A stretch of DNA of 64,000 bases, from contig OZ244034.1 of the NCBI GenBank assembly GCA_965215185.1, positions 2,272,001 through 2,336,000 on the forward strand. Direction: 5' to 3'. Made by a program: the position numbers and the translations under genes. The notes below the pieces were generated by a model that saw nothing but the letters and a program-made list of their open reading frames with translations, was not told where the DNA came from and made no database searches. Numbering within the stretch: position 1 is the first letter of the stretch; each line of letters begins with the position of its first letter. Positions 46,040-54,710 of the stretch are shown here, one piece after another. This DNA comes from Acidimicrobiia bacterium. Lineage in GTDB: Bacteria > Actinomycetota > Acidimicrobiia > Spongiisociales > ZC4RG35.

Positions 46040-47605
46040 TTACCCGGCCGAAATCGGGGTTTCCCCGGCCTGGGCCAACCTGCTCTTGTTTTCCCGTTCC
46101 TTGAGGACGGTTTTGAGCACCTTGCCGGTGGGATTGCGGGGCAACTCGTCCATAAACTCCACATAGCGCGGCATCTTGAAGCTGGCCAGATGCCCTCGGC
46201 AGTGGGAGATCAACTGATCGGCGGTGAGTTCCATTCCCTTGTGTAATACCACAAACGCCTTGGGAGTCTCGACCCACTTGGGGTGCGGAACACCTATCAC
46301 CGCCGCTTCATACACGGCCGGGTGCTGGTAGATGGTCTCTTCGATCTCAGAACTGGCGATATTCTCGCCGCCGCTTCGGATCATGTCTTTCAGCCGGTCG
46401 ATCACATACAGGTACCCATCCTCGTCGAAGCGGCCTATGTCTCCGGAATGGAACCACCCGTTGCGATGGGCGGCAGCGGTCGCCACAGGATCCCTCCAGT
46501 AGCCGGGCCCGACGGTGGGACCGCGCATCACGATCTCTCCCAACTCACCCACCGGCACCGGGGCCCCGGACTCGTCCACCACCCGGATGTCCACCCGGGG
46601 CATGGGTCGCCCCACCGAACCGGTCTTGGAAAGCATGTGAGCCTCATCCAGATAGGACACCCCGTTGCAGGTTTCGGTCATTCCGTAGCCTTCGATCAGG
46701 CGGGCTTTGGGAAACACCTCGCGGGTCTCGTGGTATAAAGACTCTGGCACTTGGCTGAAGATCAGCCACTTGACAGAGTTGGTGTCGAAGTCCTTGCGGT
46801 CCTCCAGTTTCCTGATCAGATGCACCATGGTGGCCACCATCACCATCCCGGTGATCCGCTCCCTGCTTACCACCTCCAAGATCCGCCGCGCGTCGAACCG
46901 CCGCAGAAGGATCATGGTGGCCCCCACATACCAGGTGCCAAAGCCGGGGATGTCCAGCCCGCCCACATGATATAGAGGTGCGAAGTTGAGGATCCGGTCA
47001 TCGCGGGTGAGTCCCAACTCCACCACTTGGGCGTCCATATTGGCGTTGGAGTTTCCGTGGGTGATCATGGCCCCCTTGGGACGGCTGGTGGTGCCCGAGG
47101 TGTACAGGATCCGCTGCAGATCGTCATCGCTTCTGGCCACAGTTTTCACTCGAGCCCCGGCGTGGGCCTCCAGTAGTTGGTGATAACCAATCCAGCCTTC
47201 GGGAACCGTGGGAGTGAGCGAAAGCAGGTGTCGCACTTCGGACAGACCTGCGCAGATAGGGGAAACCGCCTCGAAGAACTCGTCTTCGCTGGCGACAGCT
47301 ACCGCTCCCGCGTGCCCGAGCAGATAGTCGAGTTCTCTTTGGTGAAGACCGGTGTTGAGAGGAAGGAACACGCCTCCGATCTTGGCCACCGCCAGGGTGG
47401 TGATCAGATAGGCGGGACAGTTGCGGGCCACCAACGCCAGCATGTCATCCTCTCCCAAGCCAATCGAGAGCAACCCGGCGGCTAGCGCATTCACTTCATC
47501 GTCGAGCTGCGCATAGGTCCACTCCTGGTCTTCGAAGATCAGAGCGGTCCTGGTCTCGTGGCGATACCGATTCCAGTCCAGGATTTGGGCCAGGTTGGCG
47601 GTCAT
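46040..47605 (-). CDS. AMP-binding acyl-CoA synthetase
   Basis: YTSGTTSRPKG, PLYHVGG, YGMTE, HSGDIG, DRLKDMIRSGGENI and PRNPTGK. Confidence 0.92.
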   Translation of the reverse strand: MTANLAQILDWNRYRHETRTALIFEDQEWTYAQLDDEVNALAAGLLSIGLGEDDMLALVARNCPAYLITTLAVAKIGGVFLPLNTGLHQRELDYLLGHAGAVAVASEDEFFEAVSPICAGLSEVRHLLSLTPTVPEGWIGYHQLLEAHAGARVKTVARSDDDLQRILYTSGTTSRPKGAMITHGNSNANMDAQVVELGLTRDDRILNFAPLYHVGGLDIPGFGTWYVGATMILLRRFDARRILEVVSRERITGMVMVATMVHLIRKLEDRKDFDTNSVKWLIFSQVPESLYHETREVFPKARLIEGYGMTETCNGVSYLDEAHMLSKTGSVGRPMPRVDIRVVDESGAPVPVGELGEIVMRGPTVGPGYWRDPVATAAAHRNGWFHSGDIGRFDEDGYLYVIDRLKDMIRSGGENIASSEIEETIYQHPAVYEAAVIGVPHPKWVETPKAFVVLHKGMELTADQLISHCRGHLASFKMPRYVEFMDELPRNPTGKVLKTVLKERENKSRLAQAGETPISAG

Positions 47606-47618
47606 GCTTGCGCCCCCA

Positions 47619-48794
47619 TCAGTAAGCAGCCTCCAATAGCGCGGTGACTTCGGATAGCGAGTTTACCGGCCGGGGATTGTTCTTCACCACCATGTCCTCC
47701 ATCGCGGATCTGGCCACCGACCTCAAATCCGAGCGGTCGACACCCAACTCGCGGATCCTGGTTGGCAAACCCAAACCGGCTACGAATTCTTTCAACAACG
47801 AAGCGGCCGATTCGGCCCTGGCGTATTCATCGCCCCGGGCGCCCAGGATCTCCCCTATCCGGGCTTGGGGCGCCACCGTGTGCTCCAGATTGAATCGCAT
47901 CACTTCCGGCAGCAATACGCAGGAGGTCATGCCATGCGGAACATTGCACCAGGCGCCGAGTTGGTGACCGAGGCCGTGACTCAACCCCGACATCACATTG
48001 ACAATTCCAAAGAAGGACTCCCATGCTCCCACCTGACACTGGGCGCGCGCTTCGGCGTTTTGGGGGTTGGCCACCGAGATGGGCAGGTTGTGAACCAGGC
48101 GGCGCAATCCGTCCAGACACAGGGCATCGGTGACAGGCTGGGCCGAAATGGAATAGAGGGACTCCACACAGTGGTCGACCGCCCGAATCCCGGTGGAGGC
48201 CCACAACCACTGGGGGGTGCTCACGGTCAACTCCGGATCAAGCACAATCACCTTGGGCGTCACCGGCCGTTGCAGATAGATGTGTTTGATGCGCTGGTGG
48301 GTAACGCCGAACCCGTGCGTGTACTCACCTGCCGACAGCGTGGTGGGCAGGGTAACTATCGGCGGCGGCGTACCTCTCATCTCTGGCATACGCACCGTGT
48401 CCGGATACCGAAACTCGATCCGCATCTGTTCCAGCCCGTGGGCGTCCGTGATGTCTTCGGCCAGGCACATTGCCACGGCCTTGGCCAAGTCGGCAATACT
48501 GCTGCCGCCCAGCGCCAAGAGTCCGTCGGCCTCCAGGCGGCGCGCCATCTGGGTGGCCTCCAGAACATTGCGCCGGGGAACATGCTGGCTGCTGCGGCTA
48601 TAGGTCCCCACCCGCCGGGAGCCCACCAACTGCTTGACCCGCTCGGCCAGCGGGGTCTTCTCGGACACACTGGGAGTGGTCAGAAGCAACCATCGGCTGC
48701 CCAGTCGATCCAACTCGTCGCTGAGCCACGCGACGCTCCCGGCGCCGAAGACCACCCGATCGATGGGAAGAATGTCGTAGGTTCGGGGACGCAT
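47619..48794 (-). CDS. Iron-containing alcohol dehydrogenase / maleylacetate-reductase-like
   Basis: LGGSSIADLAK, PTTLSAGE, TGIRAVDHCVE, SHGLGHQLG and VPHG. Confidence 0.85.
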   Translation of the reverse strand: MRPRTYDILPIDRVVFGAGSVAWLSDELDRLGSRWLLLTTPSVSEKTPLAERVKQLVGSRRVGTYSRSSQHVPRRNVLEATQMARRLEADGLLALGGSSIADLAKAVAMCLAEDITDAHGLEQMRIEFRYPDTVRMPEMRGTPPPIVTLPTTLSAGEYTHGFGVTHQRIKHIYLQRPVTPKVIVLDPELTVSTPQWLWASTGIRAVDHCVESLYSISAQPVTDALCLDGLRRLVHNLPISVANPQNAEARAQCQVGAWESFFGIVNVMSGLSHGLGHQLGAWCNVPHGMTSCVLLPEVMRFNLEHTVAPQARIGEILGARGDEYARAESAASLLKEFVAGLGLPTRIRELGVDRSDLRSVARSAMEDMVVKNNPRPVNSLSEVTALLEAAY

Positions 48795-48810
48795 GGCGGG
48801 TGGGACCGTC

Positions 48811-49794
48811 CTAAACCCCGGCCAAGGCGGGCGCCACTTCTGCGCCCAACAGCCGAATGGTCCGCTCCGCTATCGACGGATCCATCCCCATCCACTCCAC
48901 CCGGCACATGATCTCGGTCACCCCCGCCTCCTCCCCATAGGCGCGGCAACGGGCGATCACCTGATCCGGGTCGCCGATCACCGCATGCTCCGCCAGGGCG
49001 TTCTTGGCCGTTAGCTGCTCGGCTGAATCCCAGGACCGGTAGCCCCGGTATTGACGGGCCAGATGAGGCCAAACCGCCTCGATGGCGGCATCGCTGCTCT
49101 CGGCCACCGCCACTTCCCTGGCCAGCGGGTAGGCGCGGTCCTCGGAGTGGCCCCACCGACGAAGCGCCGCCCGAAAGATCTCGAAACGCTCCGCCACCAC
49201 GGAAACGCTTCCGTCGGGAGTGCCAAACCAGGATGCGTCCAACCGGGCCGCTCGCTGGATACCTTTGGGTCCGAAGGCGCCCATCCAGACTTGCGGGCCA
49301 CCGGATTGGACCGGTCTCAGATGCACTTTTGCCCGGTCGGTCTTTCCCCAGTCCTCGTCGTATGCGACGGTCTCTCCCTTCCACAGCGCCCGCATCAGCG
49401 CCAGATACTTCTCGAAGCGCTGATTACGGTGAGCCCACGGAATTCCCAGCGCCTCGTACTCCGCTCGCCGGTATCCCACTCCGAACCCAGCCGTCAACCG
49501 GCCCCCGCACAGCACATCCAGGGTGGCCAACTCCTCGGCCAGCGCCAGTGGATGGTGCAGCGTCGCCAGATAGATACCCAGCCCGATCCGGATCCGGTCG
49601 GTCAGGGCGGCCAGATATGAAGCGGTTGGCAAAGGTTGGAAGAACTGGGAGGAGGCAAGATAGTGGTGCCCCAAAAAGACCGTCTCAAATCCCAGGGATT
49701 CGGCCAATTGGGCTTGATGGGCGACAACCCGCAGACGCTCGGCGGGTGACTCACCGAGGTCGGCTTGGGCGGATAGAAAGAGGCTGAGGCGCAC
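48811..49794 (-). CDS. LLM-class flavin-dependent oxidoreductase
   Basis: HHPLALAEELATLDVLCGGRL, GYRRAEY and RPVQSGGPQVWMGA. Confidence 0.88.
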   Translation of the reverse strand: MRLSLFLSAQADLGESPAERLRVVAHQAQLAESLGFETVFLGHHYLASSQFFQPLPTASYLAALTDRIRIGLGIYLATLHHPLALAEELATLDVLCGGRLTAGFGVGYRRAEYEALGIPWAHRNQRFEKYLALMRALWKGETVAYDEDWGKTDRAKVHLRPVQSGGPQVWMGAFGPKGIQRAARLDASWFGTPDGSVSVVAERFEIFRAALRRWGHSEDRAYPLAREVAVAESSDAAIEAVWPHLARQYRGYRSWDSAEQLTAKNALAEHAVIGDPDQVIARCRAYGEEAGVTEIMCRVEWMGMDPSIAERTIRLLGAEVAPALAGV

Positions 49795-49798
49795 CGGA

Positions 49799-50317
49799 TC
49801 AGCCGGGAGAACGAAGGTAGTCGCCCCGGAAGAACCCCAGGGCAGGAACCTCCGTGTCCTCGAAATCCAGCCGTTCCACTTCTCCGAGATAGATGACGTG
49901 GTCCCCTCCGGGAATCGTCTGCACCACCCGGCACTCGAACCGCGCCAGATAATCGTCCAACAGCGGCACGCCACCCACTCCCGGTGTCCAGGAAACTCCC
50001 TTCAGCTTCTCGGTCCCGGAGAGGTCTCCTTTGGCAAACCGTCGACACACCTGTTCCTGATGGGCGCCGAGAATGTGGACCGCGTAGCGTCCCGAACTCT
50101 CCAGAGCCCGATAACTGCTGGCGCCCAGGTCGACCGAGATCAATACCAAGGGAGGACGAAGCGATACCGAGGTGAAAGAGTTGGCCGCCAATCCGGCCGG
50201 ACCGGTCTCCTCATCGATGCTGGTGACAATGGTCACCCCGGTCATGAACTGCCCGCAGGCCCTTCGGAAATTCAGGGTGTCGAATTCGGGCGCCGAGGGT
50301 GTACCGTCTGTTTTCAT
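49799..50317 (-). CDS. Flavin reductase
   Basis: FRRACGQFMTGVTIVT, NSFTSVSLRPPLV and GGDHVIYLGEV. Confidence 0.92.
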   Translation of the reverse strand: MKTDGTPSAPEFDTLNFRRACGQFMTGVTIVTSIDEETGPAGLAANSFTSVSLRPPLVLISVDLGASSYRALESSGRYAVHILGAHQEQVCRRFAKGDLSGTEKLKGVSWTPGVGGVPLLDDYLARFECRVVQTIPGGDHVIYLGEVERLDFEDTEVPALGFFRGDYLRSPG

Positions 50318-50334
50318 ACCAATCGGTTTGAATT

Positions 50335-51075
50335 CTATACTCCGCCGCCGAGACGTTCTCGGGCTTCGGCGGAACGAATCGTGGCCAATGCCGCTTCCGC
50401 CACCTTACCCTCCACCACCCTGGGCGCAGCATTGGACACCTCCACGGCCAACCTTTTAGTGGATCGCACCACAGAAGGCGACAACTTCGCCAACCTATCG
50501 ACCAGCACGCGCCTTTCTCCAGCGTCGGCCACCATGCCGACCATTCCCATCGCCAATGCCTGATCGGCGGGGATTGCAGCAGCGGGCAGCACCGACAACA
50601 AGGCAGCCCCTACCCCCAAAGAGTCCACCAGAGCCGGAAGCACCACCGCCGGGACCACACCCAATTCCGCCTCGGGAAAGTAAAAGCGAGCGTCGGGATC
50701 AGCCACCGCCAGGTCCGCCGAGACGGCCAGCGCCGCCCCGAACCCGATGGCGCTTCCCTGCACCAAAGCCACGGTGAATTGAGGGATCTCCCCCAGCAGA
50801 CGCAGCAAACGAACGTTGTCCACCATATAGGACATCACCTCTTGGTCGGAGGCAGCGGACAAACGGCCAAACTCCGACAGGTCCCACCCGGCGCAAAAGT
50901 GGTCGCCCGAACCTTCCAGCACCACCATCGCCACATCGTCCCGGCTGGCGATCCCTTCCAGAACGGCGGACAGCGCGTGACCGGTGTCCTGATCCACCGC
51001 GTTGCGGCGATGAGGGCGATCAATAAGGACACGGGCCAATGGGCCAGAGTAGCTGGTCTTAACAGAAGAGGTCAT
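50335..51075 (-). CDS. Enoyl-CoA hydratase/isomerase family
   Basis: RPHRRNAV, FCAGWDL, AIGFGAAL and FPEAELG. Confidence 0.85.
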   Translation of the reverse strand: MTSSVKTSYSGPLARVLIDRPHRRNAVDQDTGHALSAVLEGIASRDDVAMVVLEGSGDHFCAGWDLSEFGRLSAASDQEVMSYMVDNVRLLRLLGEIPQFTVALVQGSAIGFGAALAVSADLAVADPDARFYFPEAELGVVPAVVLPALVDSLGVGAALLSVLPAAAIPADQALAMGMVGMVADAGERRVLVDRLAKLSPSVVRSTKRLAVEVSNAAPRVVEGKVAEAALATIRSAEARERLGGGV

Positions 51076-51159
51076 ATTCTCCCAACCCTTTGGGTGACGG
51101 TTAACCTATTTCTTGAGTTGATGTCAAAGGAATATACGGACTTGTCCCCAACCGCAAGA

Positions 51160-51954
51160 ATGTTGAATGCTCCCCTGCATGTCGAGCAGCGCCCCAACTC
51201 TTGTTGGCTTCGGATGAACCGGCCTGAATCCGCCAATGCCCTCTCTCCCGATCTGATCGCCGCCATCGACCTGGCCCTCACCCAAGCCCAATCCCGCCCC
51301 GACACCAGAGCCGTGGTAATCACCGGCGTCGGCTCTGCCTTCTGCGGGGGAGCGGACGTGGCTGTAGCCGGGGCCATGCTGGACCGAAAGCAACTCGAAC
51401 ATCTGGCCGCCTACATGGAAGAGGCCAACAACCTCCTGGACCGGATCGAGGACTTCCCCCTGCCGGTCATCGCGGCGGTGAACGGTGCGGCCTTCGCAGG
51501 AGGTCTGGAGTTGGTGCTGGCCTGCGACCTGGCAGTTGCCGCCTCCACGGCTCCCATTGGGGATGCCCACGCTCGCCACGGCTTCGTGCCAGCCTGGGGA
51601 GCAAGCTGGAGGCTTCCCGCCGCCCTGGGCCCCGCCCGCGCCGGGCGGTTGATGTTGACCGGCGCCGCCCTTGTCGCCGCCGACCTTCCGGAGATGTTCG
51701 CTGCAGTGGTTGCGCCTCACGATCTGGAGAGAGAAGTGATGACGCTGATCGGAGAAATCGCCCTGTCCAGCCCAACGGCCATCACCGAGATCAAAAGGCT
51801 CTTGGTCTCCGATCGCTCCGCCCGGGCCGCATCCCGCCAACGGGAATGGAAGGCCCTGGGGCGGCAATTGGGAACTGCGGATCTGGCCGAGGGATTTGCC
51901 GCTTTCAGAACCGGCCGCCGTCCCGTTTTCACTCGCTCTTCCGACGTACCCTAA
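51160..51954 (+). CDS. Enoyl-CoA hydratase/isomerase family
   Basis: NRPESANAL, FCGGAD and AVNGAAFAGGLELVLACD. Start 51121 or 51160. Confidence 0.85.
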   Translation: MLNAPLHVEQRPNSCWLRMNRPESANALSPDLIAAIDLALTQAQSRPDTRAVVITGVGSAFCGGADVAVAGAMLDRKQLEHLAAYMEEANNLLDRIEDFPLPVIAAVNGAAFAGGLELVLACDLAVAASTAPIGDAHARHGFVPAWGASWRLPAALGPARAGRLMLTGAALVAADLPEMFAAVVAPHDLEREVMTLIGEIALSSPTAITEIKRLLVSDRSARAASRQREWKALGRQLGTADLAEGFAAFRTGRRPVFTRSSDVP

Positions 51955-51965
51955 CCTCAACGCCC

Positions 51966-52946
51966 ATGAAGTTCGGGATCCTCATTAATCATCAGTTTTC
52001 GCGGGATGATTCGCTGGAGACTCGGCTGGAGGAGACCGTGGAACTGGTTACCGCCGCTGCCGAATTGGGACTCGACTCGGTATTCGGAATACATCACTAT
52101 CTGGCGCGTTTGCAGACCCCCCAGCCCTTGACGCTCCTAGCGCGCCTCATCCCGGTTTCCGGAGATATGGAGTTGGGAACGGGCGTTTACATCAGCACCC
52201 TGGCCCATCCCGTTCACATAGCCGAGGAGGTGGCCACCCTCGACCAACTATCAGGTGGCCGGGTGATACTGGGAGTGGGGGCCGGGTATCGACACGACGA
52301 GTTCCAAAGCTTCGGGGTGAACTCCAAAACCAGGGGTAGGCGGTTCGTGGAGTCTCTAGAGGTGCTTCGGGCACTGTGGTCGGGAAAGCCCGTGACCTAT
52401 GAGGGAGAGTTCTATCGGCTGGAAGACCAGACCATCAGCTTTCCTCCCGCCCAACCCGGCGGCCCTCCCCTGTGGATAGGCGCCAACGCTCCTGGCACCA
52501 TCCTGCGCGCCGCTCGGATCGGCGACGCCTGGCTGCCCTCCCCCAATGTGAAACCGCGCTGGGCGATCGGCAATCTGGAGAACTTTCGACAGGAGGCGCA
52601 GGCTCATGGTCGGCTCGATCAGATCCGACGGTACCCGATTCTGAGGGAGATGTACGTCTCGACCGACCGCGCCCAGGCTGAACAAGAGGCCGGTCGCTTC
52701 ATTCGAGATGAATACCTCCACTACTCGGGCTATCGCCTGGAATTCTTCGACACCATGTTCGATGACCTGCGGCAAAAGGCCTTCCTGTGGGGTTCGCCCG
52801 ACGACATATCAGCCGGGATAGACAACCTGGCCCAGGCCGGGTTCGATCACTTCATGTTCCGGATGTCCTGGCTGGGAATGCCGTTGTCGCTAACCATGAA
52901 AAGCCTCGAACTGTTGGCCCGGGAAGTTATACCCCGCTTCCGGTAG
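51966..52946 (+). CDS. LLM-class flavin-dependent oxidoreductase, copy A
   Basis: MKFGIL, HPVHIAEEVATLDQLSGGR and PAQPGGPPLWIG. Confidence 0.9.
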   Translation: MKFGILINHQFSRDDSLETRLEETVELVTAAAELGLDSVFGIHHYLARLQTPQPLTLLARLIPVSGDMELGTGVYISTLAHPVHIAEEVATLDQLSGGRVILGVGAGYRHDEFQSFGVNSKTRGRRFVESLEVLRALWSGKPVTYEGEFYRLEDQTISFPPAQPGGPPLWIGANAPGTILRAARIGDAWLPSPNVKPRWAIGNLENFRQEAQAHGRLDQIRRYPILREMYVSTDRAQAEQEAGRFIRDEYLHYSGYRLEFFDTMFDDLRQKAFLWGSPDDISAGIDNLAQAGFDHFMFRMSWLGMPLSLTMKSLELLAREVIPRFR

Positions 52947-52955
52947 GTTGTTACC

Positions 52956-53127
52956 CTGCCGCTGGGACCGGTCCATCACGTCTCCATTTCAGTCACCCAC
53001 TTGGACCGCCCCATATCTACCGGATGACCCAGGGCCAAATGAGCGCTGGGCGATCTGGCTGAGGAGATTGGCCACCTTTGAATCGGGCCGCCGACCCGTT
53101 TTCATCCGCGCTCGCGACCTTCCCTAA
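52956..53127 (+). pseudogene. Chimeric scar: 5' remnant of the VOC gene joined to a 3' remnant of the enoyl-CoA hydratase gene
   Basis: 52956-53016 reads LPLGPVHHVSISVTHL (compare MPLGPVHHVTISVTDM at 54125). 53048-53127 matches the end of 51160..51954 (GRRPVF....D.P*). Confidence 0.8.
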
Positions 53128-53138
53128 TCTCGGTGCCC

Positions 53139-54116
53139 ATGAAGTTCGGGATCCTTCTCAGCAATCAGTATCCGCGGACCGATTCACTGTCCACACGTTT
53201 GCAGCAGACCGTGGAATTGGTTACCGCCGCTGCGGAACTGGGATACGACTCGCTGTTTGGCGTACATCACTACCTGGGTCGTTTGCAAATGCCCCAGCCT
53301 TTGACGTTGCTGGCGCGCCTCATCCCGGCTTCCGGAGACATGACGCTGGGAACCGGAATCTTCATCGGTACCTTGGCCCATCCCGTTCACATCGCCGAAG
53401 AGGTGGCTACCCTCGACCAACTTTCAGGAGGCCGGATCATTCTGGGAGTTGGCGCCGGATACCGTCACCACGAGTTCCAAAGCTTCGGCGTGGACCCCAA
53501 AACCGTAGGCAGGCGGTTCGTCGAATCCCTGGAGGTGCTTCGGGCGCTGTGGTCGGGGAAGCCCGTGTCCCACCAGGGAGAGTTCTTTCAACTCGTGGAC
53601 CAGACCATCAGCGTTCCCCCTGCACAACCCGGCGGGCCTCCCCTCTGGGTAGGCGCCGGTGTTCCGGCCACCATTCTTCGCGCGGCCCGGATCGGTGACG
53701 CCTGGCTTCCCTCACCCCACGCAAAACCGCGCTGGGTCATCGGAAATCTGGAGAACTTCCGCCGAGAAGCGCAGGCCCACGGACGGCTGGGGCAGATCCA
53801 AAGCTATCCGATCATCAGGGAGACCTACGTCTCGACCAGCCGCGCCCAGGCCGAAAAAGAGGCGGGGCGCTTTATCAGGGACGAGTACGTCGACTACTCC
53901 CGTTACCTCGAGTTCTTCGACACCATGTTCGACGACCTGCGGCAAAAGGCCTTCCTGTGGGGTTCGCCCGACGACATATCAGCCGGGATAGACAACCTGG
54001 CCGCGGCCGGATTCGATCATTTCATCTTCCGCATGTCCTGGCTGGGAATGCCGTTCTCTCTAACCATGAGAAGCCTCGAGATGATGGCCAGAGAAATCAT
54101 TCCCCGATACCGCTAG
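53139..54116 (+). CDS. LLM-class flavin-dependent oxidoreductase, copy B
   Basis: Colinear close paralog of copy A, with identical EFFDTMFDDLRQKAFLWGSPDDISAGIDNLA. Confidence 0.9.
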   Translation: MKFGILLSNQYPRTDSLSTRLQQTVELVTAAAELGYDSLFGVHHYLGRLQMPQPLTLLARLIPASGDMTLGTGIFIGTLAHPVHIAEEVATLDQLSGGRIILGVGAGYRHHEFQSFGVDPKTVGRRFVESLEVLRALWSGKPVSHQGEFFQLVDQTISVPPAQPGGPPLWVGAGVPATILRAARIGDAWLPSPHAKPRWVIGNLENFRREAQAHGRLGQIQSYPIIRETYVSTSRAQAEKEAGRFIRDEYVDYSRYLEFFDTMFDDLRQKAFLWGSPDDISAGIDNLAAAGFDHFIFRMSWLGMPFSLTMRSLEMMAREIIPRYR

Positions 54117-54124
54117 ATCTCGCC

Positions 54125-54652
54125 ATGCCCCTCGGACCGGTTCACCACGTCACGATTTCGGTCACCGATATGGCGCGATCCATAGCCTTCTACCGGGACG
54201 CTCTTGGCTTCAGGCTCACCATGCAGACCACCGTGAGCGACCCCGAACACGACCTCTACCTCCGGTTGCCCGAGGGCACTTCCGCACAAGTGGCGATCCT
54301 GCAGGCGGGGTCGGTGACCATCGGTGAGGTGGAACTCATCCAGTGGTCTTTTCCCTCGTCGGCGCCCCCTCCAGCCTATCCTCCCAAGCGGCCTGGTGAC
54401 CCCGGACCCTTTCTTCTGGCTTTCGAGGTGACCGGCGAAGAACTGGAGGAGATCTGCGAGCGGTTGACCAGACAAGGGGTGGAGTTCTGGTCGGAACCGA
54501 TCAGCTCCCATATCGACGGATACGGTGATATCAGGGCGGTGGTTTGCGAAGACCCCGACGGGACCATGATCGAACTGCTGACGCTTCCCACCCGTGAGCA
54601 AATACTGAAGACCCGCGCCGCTTACATGCAGCGACAGAAACAACACCCTTAA
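54125..54652 (+). CDS. VOC/glyoxalase-family protein
   Basis: VHHVTISVTDMARSIAFYRDALG, VELIQW and EDPDGTMIEL. Confidence 0.85.
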   Translation: MPLGPVHHVTISVTDMARSIAFYRDALGFRLTMQTTVSDPEHDLYLRLPEGTSAQVAILQAGSVTIGEVELIQWSFPSSAPPPAYPPKRPGDPGPFLLAFEVTGEELEEICERLTRQGVEFWSEPISSHIDGYGDIRAVVCEDPDGTMIELLTLPTREQILKTRAAYMQRQKQHP

Positions 54653-54656
54653 AAGG

Positions 54657-54690
54657 AAAGCGAGCCCCCTTGGAGAGGGCTCGCTTTTCG
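54657..54690. terminator. Bidirectional Rho-independent terminator
   Basis: AAAGCGAGCCC-loop-GGGCTCGCTTT flanked by A and T runs, between convergent genes. Confidence 0.85.
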
Positions 54691-54710
54691 CTTTCGAGTT
54701 GGCTAGGGGT

